Of a stretch of 64,000 nt of DNA, positions 29,241 through 38,955 are shown piece by piece; position 1 is the first letter of the stretch; each line of letters begins with the position of its first letter. Position numbers and translations under genes: made by a program. The notes beneath the pieces were generated by a model that ran no database searches, was not told the origin of the DNA, and saw only the letters and a program-made list of their open reading frames with translations. This DNA is from a virus: positions 25,219-89,218 of the IMG/VR virus record IMGVR_UViG_3300037246_000452, one strand, 5' to 3'.

Positions 29241-30203
29241 TCATAATTCAATTCCCATCCTTTCGAGGTTCTCTGCAATTACTTGCAATGGGGTTTCCCC
29301 CGCATCCCCGTACTCTTCCTCTGGTTCTATGTGAGAACATTTTACTCCCAACTTCTTGAAGTGCTTCTCTGCCCTCTCTCGTCCACGATCTCCACCAGTC
29401 CCTATGTCGAAGTACGTCACTATCTCGGCAGCGTCCCTTAGCCTCTTATATTTTGCGTCAGGCATACTTCCCATCAGTCCCGCAGCCACGTTTGGATACA
29501 CTTCATAGATTCTTAATAGATCAAATGGGCCTTCTACTACCACCACCGGCTCATCTAGGTCAAGCTTATCTTCGTTCATCCATATCTGAGGATTTCTGTG
29601 TCCCTGATAATCATAAGCGTAATACCTTAGTTGTGCCTCCCCCGTCACGTCCCTACCGTGCAATCCATAACATCTTCCGTGAAAGTCCATGACCGGAAAA
29701 CATACCGTCTGCCTCTGGAAGTCGAACTTAATGTTCAAATCATCAACTACGCAGTCTGGAACTTCTCGCCCCTTCAGGTATGGATGCCCTTTGGCTGAAT
29801 TGAATGAGTTTAACCATACCATTGGAAACTCCACCAGCTCCCCCACCTTACTTTGCATGGTCTCATCATAGTCGAGGATACCTTCTGTTTCATCGTCTTC
29901 CTCTTCTTCAAGAGCAATCTCAAGGGCAGACTTGATATCTACATCAACTTTGTGCTCAAGTCTATTCATCATCCGAATATCCATTACAAGATCATAAGCA
30001 TTACCCACGAACCCGCAAGTGAAACAATGAAACAAAGATTCGCCATGAGATTGCTCACCTCCACCAAAGGAAGGGTTGTTGTCCGTCCCGTTGGTGTGCT
30101 TCCAAGGAGCCCGGGGGCATTGTGCTGTAACCCATGTGGACGTACCCCCTTTAAGCTTTGCTCCTAAAAAGGTGAGGAACTGAGTTATATCATGGCGCTT
30201 CAT
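29241..30203 (-). CDS. DNA primase
   Basis: CP....H...D.NPSF...HCFTCG zinc finger; YL.GR; TOPRIM VEGPFD, YFD. Confidence 0.88.
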   Translation of the reverse strand: MKRHDITQFLTFLGAKLKGGTSTWVTAQCPRAPWKHTNGTDNNPSFGGGEQSHGESLFHCFTCGFVGNAYDLVMDIRMMNRLEHKVDVDIKSALEIALEEEEDDETEGILDYDETMQSKVGELVEFPMVWLNSFNSAKGHPYLKGREVPDCVVDDLNIKFDFQRQTVCFPVMDFHGRCYGLHGRDVTGEAQLRYYAYDYQGHRNPQIWMNEDKLDLDEPVVVVEGPFDLLRIYEVYPNVAAGLMGSMPDAKYKRLRDAAEIVTYFDIGTGGDRGRERAEKHFKKLGVKCSHIEPEEEYGDAGETPLQVIAENLERMGIEL

Positions 30204-30219
30204 TAGTTACCTCCTTATT

Positions 30220-30681
30220 TTAACTATTTACCTGCTTATTCTTTCCTGCGTTATTACCTGTAGGAGTATTCAACGCTCGTTCCACACTCCACCCTAAATC
30301 CTGTATCCGTCTCCATACCATTTTATATCGGTTACCCTGCCCCCCACATAAAGCTATCAGTGGTACAGTTTCTCCCTCATATTCAACGAATAATGTACTT
30401 CTTCTATTACGTTGGTTCTCTAAACAAGATACCCACCTGCAGTTATCTTTGGAATATCCTTTGTTGTTATCAATCCTATCTAACTGCATTCCTTCAGGTC
30501 GTTCTCCCATGTCAGCTAGGAAATTAGCGAAGTTATCCCAGTCGTTGCTGTATCTTATCCCTCTTCCCCCGTACCATTTATATATTTTACAGTTGGGGTC
30601 ATTACATCTTTGCCGCATTCCTGTCCAGACACTATATAGAGGATGCTTATTTCCTCGATGAGCTAATCCGTGCCAGTGCAT
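30220..30681 (-). CDS. HNH homing endonuclease
   Basis: W.GM.QRC..YGGRGI...W..F.NF.ADMGERP...LDRIDNNKGYSKDNCRW. Confidence 0.85.
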   Translation of the reverse strand: MHWHGLAHRGNKHPLYSVWTGMRQRCNDPNCKIYKWYGGRGIRYSNDWDNFANFLADMGERPEGMQLDRIDNNKGYSKDNCRWVSCLENQRNRRSTLFVEYEGETVPLIALCGGQGNRYKMVWRRIQDLGWSVERALNTPTGNNAGKNKQVNS

Positions 30682-31163
30682 TATTTCACCTTAAAACTTC
30701 TGGCACCCTTTTGCTCCTCTACCAGTATAACCTTCTGCTGTTCCGGTGTGAGGTATGAGTCTACATCCTTGAGAGTGAAGCCGGCCAGTTCAAGAGCAAG
30801 ACCTTCTTTTACTTCCTCAAACATATCAATGAGTTGCCCGGTGTCCTTTATGGACCGACTCTTACCCATCGCCCCAACATTGAGGACATTTTTACCAGAG
30901 TCAGATACAAGCTCCAACTTCTCATCCTTCGTAAGATCAAGGTCTTCAGTGACTATCCCCATGATCTTATTTTTGGAGGCAGTCAATTTTACTAAGAGAG
31001 GTTTCAGCTTATCCTGAAGAGCTTTTATCTTAGTCTCAATATCTGCATACGTATCCACCTCCTTTGCAATAATGTCAACTGCCACCTCCGTTGCCGTGGT
31101 TACTATTTCAGTCTTTTCCTCTTGTTCTACTGGTTTTGTCTTGGTCTTAAATTTTAATGCCAT
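30681..31163 (-). CDS. hypothetical protein (coiled-coil)
   Basis: 160-aa ORF with SD and promoter TTGACA-17-TATAGT at 31199-31227. Confidence 0.7.
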   Translation of the reverse strand: MALKFKTKTKPVEQEEKTEIVTTATEVAVDIIAKEVDTYADIETKIKALQDKLKPLLVKLTASKNKIMGIVTEDLDLTKDEKLELVSDSGKNVLNVGAMGKSRSIKDTGQLIDMFEEVKEGLALELAGFTLKDVDSYLTPEQQKVILVEEQKGARSFKVK

Positions 31164-31223
31164 ATTATCCTCCTTGGTTTTATTATTTTAATGCTGTAAC
31201 TATAACTTATTTATTTAGTTTTG

Positions 31224-31841
31224 TCAAGAGAATTTATTATACTTCATTAGATTCTCTTTCTGGGTAATAATCTGTAAATTTCCTTGTACATGTAAACCAG
31301 ACACCCTAACTCCGTTAAGAGGTATAATATGGTCTACATGGAACTGCTCCCCATATCGCTCAGTGAGTTTAGCTGCTAAAATGTAGTATTGTTGTATCTT
31401 CCAATCATCCGCCCAAGCTGGCATAGCTTTCAGCTTAGCTGCTCTTCTTTTAGCGGTACTATAATTTACCTTGTCCTTGTTAGCCCTTCTCCAATACTGC
31501 TTATAAACCTTATGCGCTTCTTTTGTTTTAGCAGGCTGTATGGTCCCTCTCTTGCGTATAACTTCTGGTAGATTATCCTTATACCTTTTCATAGCGGCAA
31601 GTTCATGTTCTCGGTTGCTTTCGTACCTAGTCCTTCGTATAGCCTGCCGCACTGGTACTGGGGTACTATAGTATCTTTTTGCTACTTTGGCTATTACAGT
31701 TTCTTTATTGTTTTGATACCACTTAGCACTGTAAGCTTTCGCACATAGTAAACACTTGCCTTTCTTACCATCTTTAGTCCGTGGTTCATTACCAAACTCT
31801 GATAACTCCTTGGGTACACCACACCCTTTACATACTTTCAT
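31224..31841 (-). CDS. HNH endonuclease
   Basis: CKGC..C..C; P.WAD; HVDHIIPLNG..VSGLHV..NLQII....N..K.N. Confidence 0.85.
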   Translation of the reverse strand: MKVCKGCGVPKELSEFGNEPRTKDGKKGKCLLCAKAYSAKWYQNNKETVIAKVAKRYYSTPVPVRQAIRRTRYESNREHELAAMKRYKDNLPEVIRKRGTIQPAKTKEAHKVYKQYWRRANKDKVNYSTAKRRAAKLKAMPAWADDWKIQQYYILAAKLTERYGEQFHVDHIIPLNGVRVSGLHVQGNLQIITQKENLMKYNKFS

Positions 31842-31850
31842 AACTACACC

Positions 31851-33965
31851 TCAATCCAGAAATAACATATCATCGGTATTTTCCATAACTTCTTGAAAAT
31901 TCATTAAATTAAAATCCCAGTTTATATTGAATCCACCTACCTCACCATTCCTACCTTTGAGAATGTTTACTTTTCTCTGCATTTTGGTTGCGATGCTCTC
32001 CTCCTCCAATAGACCTAGAACTATAGTGCTGAGCTGACCAATAGCATCTGAATACCCAATATCCTCAAGTCCTATATCCTCTCCTTTACTTGCCTTCATT
32101 TTCTTGGCTGCGTCCCTGTTAAACTGGTAGCTGCAGATTGTCGGGATTCCAAGATCGGTTGCCAATGCTTGCTTTATAAGTTCCGCATTCTCATCAATCC
32201 TTGCAAACTTATTCATTCTCTTATCTGGGTGCTTTAGTAGGTATGCTCCATCGATGATAAGGGCTCCCGGTTTCAACTGTTTACATAGTGCCCAGATATC
32301 CTCAACTGTAGCTGTGAGGTTACCATCTACAATCCAGCAAGGGACTGGATGATCTTCCATCAGTTTCAAGCCATGAGTCATCTGCTTATACCCTGCTGTA
32401 GACAAGGCTGCTTGTTTGATATGAGTTAATGGTTTATGGGTATGCATTGCCGCCACTCGTTGTATCAAGGGTAAGGGCGTCATTTCCATTGAGACCAGAA
32501 GCGTTGGGCGTTTCATCTTACTCCATATGTAATGCATAATGAATAAGAGAAGAAATGTCTTTCCTGAATTGTGTGTAACAAATCCTTCAGCTATAAAGTT
32601 ATTGTAAGGGTCGGCACATACTAAGTCATAAGTATCTTCCATCCCAAATAATTCAATACTTATTATTTTCTCTGCATGTACCAAATTCTGTCCGAAACGA
32701 CTTCTAGTCCCCTCATACCCCATCCCTGCACCGTGCTCTTTACCATGCTCTGAGTTTGTCAATAATCCTAAATTCGATACAGCATTGTTATTAGTATCCT
32801 CATCTTTATGATGTATATGCAACGAGCTTTCAGAGAATACAAAACCGTGATTTGGGTTCGTTTTCAATTGCTGAATAAAGTCTTGGAGGTTAACTCCATT
32901 TAGGGCTGCGTCATAATTAGCTCGCTGCTCTAGTACTCTATGGTATACACACCCATTTATAACTCTGGTGGGATAAGGGGCGTAGGGCATCTTTGTACAA
33001 ATCTCTTTTCTGTAGCGTCCAGTTTGTTTATAACCTTTTCCAGTATCAGGAGCTTTACATATTACCTCGTCGCCTACTACTAAATCTCCCAAAGGCCTAA
33101 AACCATTAGGTGTCATAAACATGTGGTCTGTGGTTGCCCTTACTACTTTTCCCGATTCCGTAGTAACAGTGTATGTCTCCTTCTTTCCAGAGTACACAAT
33201 ATCTTCGACTATGTTAAGCCCTGTCAAGTCGTCGTCCATCAAAGATTGTACTCTCGTGGGGATACTTAAATCCCACTTTCTAGCACCCCTTCCTTGTTTA
33301 GCGGTTTTTCCATGCATTCCTCGGTATACCTCTTTGAGGGTGTAATACCTCCCACTACCTTTTGATTTTCTGGAGATATAAAGTTTTGTATCACCGGATA
33401 AACAAGCCGGCCGGCCCACGATAGATATAACGTCTCCCGGCATTAAACCCCCGGTCATCTTGTCGAGGTAATCCCATCCGGTATTGATTCCGTAGTCGTC
33501 CCCAAACTTCATCTTTTCTTTATATTCTTTGGTGATAATATCACAAGCATGCCTAAAGTCTACCAGTTGAGTACCGTACTTCTTAACTGTGAGGCCTGTT
33601 AGTATCCCTGTAAGCATTTCAATGGCTTGGCCAGGGTTCATGTTCTCTTTGGTCAAGAACATCTTTGCTTCGTCGAATCCTTGCTTCAAGGCATTATGAA
33701 AATATCTATCCTTTACCTTGTCGGCATAGAATGAGGCCGGTTCAATGGCCTTTGGCAATATAAGGTCTTCAAACTGATTTTCTACTGTGGCCATCTTTGG
33801 GATAGTACCGTGATCATGGATGAAGTTCTTTATATAACCATGCAACTCCAACTCTGTGGGGCGCAGATAATCTGTATCTATACAAAGCTTGACGAATGAT
33901 TCAACATCACCTTCCTTGATAATGGATGAAATTAATTGCAATCCTATCGAACTCTTCTTAATCAT
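31851..33965 (-). CDS. dnaB: replicative DnaB-like helicase containing an intein
   Basis: TGW..LD.MTGG; Walker A GRPA|SGKT split by the intein; SMEM; IDGAYL; QFNR; SDAIGQ; KGRNGE. Confidence 0.92.
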   Translation of the reverse strand: MIKKSSIGLQLISSIIKEGDVESFVKLCIDTDYLRPTELELHGYIKNFIHDHGTIPKMATVENQFEDLILPKAIEPASFYADKVKDRYFHNALKQGFDEAKMFLTKENMNPGQAIEMLTGILTGLTVKKYGTQLVDFRHACDIITKEYKEKMKFGDDYGINTGWDYLDKMTGGLMPGDVISIVGRPACLSGDTKLYISRKSKGSGRYYTLKEVYRGMHGKTAKQGRGARKWDLSIPTRVQSLMDDDLTGLNIVEDIVYSGKKETYTVTTESGKVVRATTDHMFMTPNGFRPLGDLVVGDEVICKAPDTGKGYKQTGRYRKEICTKMPYAPYPTRVINGCVYHRVLEQRANYDAALNGVNLQDFIQQLKTNPNHGFVFSESSLHIHHKDEDTNNNAVSNLGLLTNSEHGKEHGAGMGYEGTRSRFGQNLVHAEKIISIELFGMEDTYDLVCADPYNNFIAEGFVTHNSGKTFLLLFIMHYIWSKMKRPTLLVSMEMTPLPLIQRVAAMHTHKPLTHIKQAALSTAGYKQMTHGLKLMEDHPVPCWIVDGNLTATVEDIWALCKQLKPGALIIDGAYLLKHPDKRMNKFARIDENAELIKQALATDLGIPTICSYQFNRDAAKKMKASKGEDIGLEDIGYSDAIGQLSTIVLGLLEEESIATKMQRKVNILKGRNGEVGGFNINWDFNLMNFQEVMENTDDMLFLD
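32568..33404 (-). mobile_element. intein (279 aa) with an HNH endonuclease domain
   Basis: Starts CLSGDT; block B ATTDHMF; block F/G TYDL....NNFIAEGFVTHN followed by Ser; internal IHHKDEDTNNNAVSNL. Confidence 0.92.
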
Positions 33966-33973
33966 ATGGCTCC

Positions 33974-34549
33974 CTATTTGACTATTTTAAAATGTGCTGT
34001 GATGTGATCATAGAAGGCCACGCCATATTGTGACTTCAACAGCTGCATATCTGCTATGTAAAGGACCGTCTGTAGGTCAGCTGCAAACCTCCTGTGTAGC
34101 CAACCAAGCAAAGTTGATACTTCCCATGTTGCTATATCACCCCCGCTGCTCTTTTGTAAGAAAAAGTTGGGAATACAAATCAATGGAGGCTCGAAGTTCT
34201 TATGTGCCTTCTCCATCTTAAGTATTTCCTGAACGGTAACCAGTCTGGCATCAAGGTAATTCCTGAGACACGCCCCGACAATGGCCATCATCCTATCCTC
34301 AACATTCACAACTGAGCCGGTGAATACCATGCCAGCCTGTCCGTCCTCTGGACTCCTGATGGTCTTGAGCCATTCTCGTTCTTTATCCCCACAATGATCA
34401 CTAAAGGCTGTATACGTAAAGTATTTTGGGATACCTGCAATCTTACAAACTTCCGCAAGGTCTTCCACCATACGCTCATGGTGTTCGCGCTTCAATACAC
34501 CTGATTCGTAATACTTCTTGTATAGCGCCATGTGATTATCTACTGCCAT
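33974..34549 (-). CDS. degenerate DnaC/IstB-like helicase loader
   Basis: AGIP..F; GMVFTG with no intact Walker A; L..R....L.T; directly upstream of dnaB. Confidence 0.5.
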   Translation of the reverse strand: MAVDNHMALYKKYYESGVLKREHHERMVEDLAEVCKIAGIPKYFTYTAFSDHCGDKEREWLKTIRSPEDGQAGMVFTGSVVNVEDRMMAIVGACLRNYLDARLVTVQEILKMEKAHKNFEPPLICIPNFFLQKSSGGDIATWEVSTLLGWLHRRFAADLQTVLYIADMQLLKSQYGVAFYDHITAHFKIVK

Positions 34550-34572
34550 TCATTCCTCCTGAATTAAATTGA

Positions 34573-34681
34573 AGCCCCCATTTTCCGATTGTGGGATGGT
34601 TGGTAGGAGGCCACTGTTATCAGCACCAATCAGGTTAAGTGTTACGGACACCGCTCCTGCCTATTCGCTCGGTCAGAGGCC
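34573..34681 (-). ncRNA. candidate structured intergenic RNA
   Basis: GC-rich intergenic stretch with GGCCTC/GGGGCT, AGGAG/CTCCT, GTGT/ACAC and TTGGT/ACCAA pairings. Confidence 0.35.
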
Positions 34682-35653
34682 GTAAAATTCTAATCTTTAA
34701 GTTTATCCCATTCACGACGTAGATCAAATACTTCAGGATTGTCTACTATACCGATTATTTGGGATATAGCATTATCAGCACTTAAGGTAGAGTCTGGTAT
34801 TATATGCTCGTTCATAACATCTATCACCTTGGTAATAACCTGATTGGCTTTTTCCAATTGTGCAAATAAGTGAGCCTCAACTACTGTCTCTGTTTTCATA
34901 AATCCTCCTTAATGATTATTAAACTATAATACCTTGTTTATTTAGTTTTGTCAAGATTATTATTCTTAGCCTTAGCATGCTCTCGGTACTCCTTAATATT
35001 ATTTTGTAACATTAACACGCTATTCTTACAACAATGTCCGGCCATATAGTGCCCTGCCTCGATAAATTCTTTCTCAAGTTCTCGAAGTAAGGCGCAGCAC
35101 TTAGAGGCGTTAGCTATAATATTACTCATAAGAATCCTCCTACTAAATACTCAAGTCCACTAATGGCACGGTAATCCGTTGTTGCTAAAATCATGTCATG
35201 ATCGTCTTGTAACTCCTGTCGTATTACCTCTGCCGGTATACATATCTCAGAGAAGCCGGGACTTACACTTATCTTAGATTCATCGTACCTAAATTCGTCC
35301 GGGTCAAGATACCCGTATGTTTCGTTCCAAGCTACCTCGTCAAAGTCTTGCATAACATCCCTCCCTATAGTTTCACCAACAGATGTCAGGGTAGCACTGA
35401 GCTATTGTTTAGTCAAGGGCAAGGTGGCTGAATAGGAAGTAACCATAATAGTCTCACCAGTAACCCAAAAGTGTAAGCTATAAAACATACTATTAACAAA
35501 CCACGTAGCATAGTAGGCTTTAGCCGTCCTTCCTCTAAATACTCAAAGTTCCTCATATAACCCCCCATACCCATATACCTAAGTTAATGATTAGTATCCA
35601 TGATACTCCTAAAATGACAGTGATACATGCGGCTATTACTGTATTATTCCAAT

Positions 35654-36619
35654 TCATACTTTACCCTCCTTCTCTAATTGTTCAAGTTCTTCCAGTGTCA
35701 TAGGTTTATGCTCTTTCAGTTCCACCACCTTTGGCTTCTCCTTCTTTGGTTGTGCAGTTAATTGCAAACCAGTCTTCTTTCCTGCCTCAGTCAAGGCATC
35801 TACATTTTGCTTCATCCATGCTATTGCCAGTTCAGTGTTTGAAAGCAGGAATCCGAGGATAGGTTTATCGGGGGGAGTCTTCATCCCTAGACTGTCCTTA
35901 CAGTGCATATGGAAGTCTATCCACCGGGGGATAATATACTCCACCATAGGTAAAACATCATTCCCTCCTTTTCGTATCATGTCTTTAAAGTTCCGGGTAT
36001 CTTTCATTGTAAAAGTCAGATACTCAACTCCCTGTGTTTCAATCATCAGCTGCCGGTAAGTTTCCTTTACCTGATTTAGAGGTGACATCTTCTTTACCTG
36101 CTCCTCTTTATTCTTCTTGAATTGCTCTATCATAGAACTTGCTCCGCCCTTCGTATACTTCATAAACTCCTCCGCTATTTCTTTTTTTGTTTTACTAGAA
36201 AGGAGGTCGCCTTCTCTATAAGCCTTCTCTACTAGCCTTATAAGCCTTTGGGTGGCAGTGTGCAACATATCCATTGCATAGTGCGACTCCTCTAAGGCAG
36301 TGTGCAACATATCCGTCTCACTGTGCAACATACTAATAGTCTCACTCTGCGACTTATATGATGCACCCTGCAACTGCTCAGTATCAAGAGAATACGTTAC
36401 ACTTTTAGATTTTCCAGATACCGTAACCCATCCATTCTTCTTAAGACTTGTGAGTGCTCTGAACACCGTGGACCTATCCATACCCATGAACTTTGCTATA
36501 GTGTCTACAGAAGGCCATGCCTTGCCTTCCTCATTAGCATAAGTGGCCAGTACCTGTAGCACCATCTTCTCCGTACCTTTCAAGTCTGAATCTAATACCA
36601 GCTTGTTCCACTTAAACAT
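35654..36619 (-). CDS. replication initiator protein (N-terminal winged HTH)
   Basis: L.G.EKMVL..LATYAN....AWPS..TIA...GM.R.TV.RAL..L...GW; internal iterons. Confidence 0.8.
   Translation of the reverse strand: MFKWNKLVLDSDLKGTEKMVLQVLATYANEEGKAWPSVDTIAKFMGMDRSTVFRALTSLKKNGWVTVSGKSKSVTYSLDTEQLQGASYKSQSETISMLHSETDMLHTALEESHYAMDMLHTATQRLIRLVEKAYREGDLLSSKTKKEIAEEFMKYTKGGASSMIEQFKKNKEEQVKKMSPLNQVKETYRQLMIETQGVEYLTFTMKDTRNFKDMIRKGGNDVLPMVEYIIPRWIDFHMHCKDSLGMKTPPDKPILGFLLSNTELAIAWMKQNVDALTEAGKKTGLQLTAQPKKEKPKVVELKEHKPMTLEELEQLEKEGKV
36254..36375. repeat. iterons, putative replication origin inside the initiator gene
   Basis: ggcagtgtgcaacatatcc twice (36254, 36296), plus gtctcactgtgcaacata and gtctcactctgcgact variants. 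Confidence 0.75.
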
Positions 36620-36647
36620 ATTTTCCTTTTTGCAATTAGTTTCAATC

Positions 36648-36749
36648 TTTAATAGACACAGGATACAGCTTTAGTCGCTACAACATAATGCCAGAGGACT
36701 ATCCCCTGTGGTGTTCTGTTAGTCACCTATATATCCTATGCCTATTAAA
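36648..36749 (-). ncRNA. structured RNA in the 5' region of the initiator gene
   Basis: 20-bp closing stem that is fully paired only on the minus strand (3 G-U pairs), enclosing two hairpins. Confidence 0.55.
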
Positions 36750-36753
36750 AAGA

Positions 36754-36893
36754 TGATCGGGGCAGGATTCGATACCTGCAAGGTACTAAACGTGTACTTA
36801 GCCTTTCCCTACTTCACCCTAACCTCGTAATGATTAACCGCCGTAGCTGTTAAACCCTCATAGTAGTGATGCGTTACCTTACGCTACCCGATC
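36754..36893 (-). ncRNA. tRNA-like RNA with an expanded, anticodon-less central domain
   Basis: Acceptor GATCGGG/CCCGATC-A; T8A9; D arm GCGT-AAGGTA-ACGC; T arm GCAGG-TATCGAAT-CCTGC; about 90 nt between the arms. Confidence 0.7.
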
Positions 36894-36909
36894 ATATTAA
36901 ATTTAACTC

Positions 36910-37680
36910 CTACTGCTCAGTAGGTTTCTTCTCATCCTTCTCAGTCTGGGCCTTATGCTCATCACTGGGAGTAGCCGTAACCTCTTCATTTTCTGCATCA
37001 AGCAATACCGCATCACTTGCACCGTCTGCCGTTTGCTCCACAGTAACGGTAGTGTCTTCTGCTAGGGCAAGTTGAGAATCTTCCATGCCACCGGGAACCT
37101 CTTTAGCGAAGTGGAGCGTTTCCAGCATCTTTGTGTAATCCGTACTGTAGTTGCCTTCCTCAATCTCTACATTGCCAAAGTACTGCTCAAGGATTGTGAG
37201 GTACCTTTCTATAGAGTAGTCCTTGAGGAGCTGTTTACGGTACTGGCAGCATTGCGCTTCGTCAATCATGGCAGAGCTTAAGGCCACCACTGTCTCTGCA
37301 AAGGGGCCATCCTGCAGTGCTCTCATCAATACCTTTACACCTTCTTGGCCCCCCGGTATCTTCATAAAGCTTTCTATACCAAAGAAGCATGAGCCTCTTC
37401 TTCTGACGTTATCAAGCTTGGCAAACTTAATGTCAGGAAATACCTCTTTGATAAGGGCTACAACATCCTGTACATCATTATCCTTCTCAGGAGCAAACCT
37501 AACCCTTGAACCAATCATTATGCTGGCTCCATCAACCTCAAGTACAGGCTTATAGCCAACCCTGAGACCTCCCTTCTTTCCGAGCACTAGATAGTCAAGG
37601 TTTCCCTCTGTGCCTATCATGAGCTCGAAATCACTGATGTCTATCTTTTTCGTTCCTTCTTGCAACTGCTTATCATCCAT
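36910..37680 (-). CDS. hypothetical protein
   Basis: 256-aa ORF directly after the AAA ATPase. Confidence 0.75.
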   Translation of the reverse strand: MDDKQLQEGTKKIDISDFELMIGTEGNLDYLVLGKKGGLRVGYKPVLEVDGASIMIGSRVRFAPEKDNDVQDVVALIKEVFPDIKFAKLDNVRRRGSCFFGIESFMKIPGGQEGVKVLMRALQDGPFAETVVALSSAMIDEAQCCQYRKQLLKDYSIERYLTILEQYFGNVEIEEGNYSTDYTKMLETLHFAKEVPGGMEDSQLALAEDTTVTVEQTADGASDAVLLDAENEEVTATPSDEHKAQTEKDEKKPTEQ

Positions 37681-37681
37681 A

Positions 37682-38890
37682 TCAGTCCTCCTCTTTATTA
37701 AAGTAATGTTCTTTGATTACATCTAACGTGATCTCTGTTACCTGTGCATGTGATACCTCCTTGTTCAGGTTTAATGTGTCATCAATAATCTCACTGACTG
37801 CATCTGCAACTTTTTGATTTACATAGTTCTCATCAAAGGTTGCCAAAAGTGCGTTGGTCAGTTTAAAGGCTCCCTGCTCATCCAGTCCCTTCATGGTGAA
37901 TATCTCATTAATCCTTCCCGGTCTGTAAACTTCCTTAGGAATGGCGTCAATGGCATTGGTAGTCATTACGGTCAGTACTCTTGATTTATGCTCCTGTAGC
38001 CACCATAACAGCTGTTCTAATAGTCTGCCTGTTACACCTGAGTCATCCCCTTGTGTAAATAGTTTCTCCATTTCATCCAATAGCAGGATGCAGGGCTCTT
38101 CCATATCAAGTTGTTGGAATACTGCTTTGAGTCGGCCTTCGCTCTCCCCTACCCACTTTACCATAATACCTGACATATCCAATCTATAGAGAGGGATGTC
38201 AAGCTTACTGGCCATCATCTTGGCACCAACCGTTTTTCCCACTCCGGGGCAACCATGCAATAGTACCCCTCGCGGTATTAATCTATGATCATCACATTCA
38301 AGGAAGAACTTACCATTCTTGTCCAGCCAGTTCATCAAAGGCACATCTGGAAGGTAACAAGGCAGATTCGTATCTATTTCCTCAATACCTTTATGATCTA
38401 CCATAAGTGCCCTTCTCGTCTTCCTAATTCCAAAGGGTGTGATAGCCCCTTCTGCATATGTAAGCTTCAATACATTGCGAACCTCGAAGAGCGTGAGGCC
38501 ACTTAAGGCTTGTGTCGTGTGAAGTATATTATCATCCTCAACTATATCTACCACATGCTCAGCAATCAACTCCTTTGGTGTCGGCAGTACCCCTGCATCA
38601 AAAAACAGGTAATGCTCACATTCTGGATTAATGAGTATCAGGCATGACGCCCTTTCCTCAAAACTGTCATATATCTTCTGCCAGTTATCCTGCTCCTTAG
38701 TACCTATGATAGCTACATACTTATTGGTTCCCATCATCTTAAGTACGGTATTTGTCGGCATGACATGGCCAACGCTGCATGACTTCCCTTTACCCAAATA
38801 ATGATCAAGCACTTCATCCACATGCATTAAGTCAGAGACCTCCAGCGTGATAATTGGAATGTGTGCTTTCAAAATTGTTGCTATGTCCAT
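37682..38890 (-). CDS. AAA+ ATPase
   Basis: PRGVLLHGCPGVGKT, KWVGESE, LLLDEMEK, TTN, RPGR. Confidence 0.9.
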   Translation of the reverse strand: MDIATILKAHIPIITLEVSDLMHVDEVLDHYLGKGKSCSVGHVMPTNTVLKMMGTNKYVAIIGTKEQDNWQKIYDSFEERASCLILINPECEHYLFFDAGVLPTPKELIAEHVVDIVEDDNILHTTQALSGLTLFEVRNVLKLTYAEGAITPFGIRKTRRALMVDHKGIEEIDTNLPCYLPDVPLMNWLDKNGKFFLECDDHRLIPRGVLLHGCPGVGKTVGAKMMASKLDIPLYRLDMSGIMVKWVGESEGRLKAVFQQLDMEEPCILLLDEMEKLFTQGDDSGVTGRLLEQLLWWLQEHKSRVLTVMTTNAIDAIPKEVYRPGRINEIFTMKGLDEQGAFKLTNALLATFDENYVNQKVADAVSEIIDDTLNLNKEVSHAQVTEITLDVIKEHYFNKEED

Positions 38891-38955
38891 TTGTCCTCCC
38901 TGACTTTTTGATTATATAAACATCTTAGCAAGTTTAATCAGGTTTGTCAAGTTAA

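Noticed and set aside
36754-36893. Canonical or suppressor tRNA, or tmRNA
   Set aside because: No 5-bp stem with a 7-nt U33 anticodon loop; no GGGG start, G3-U70 pair or tag ORF
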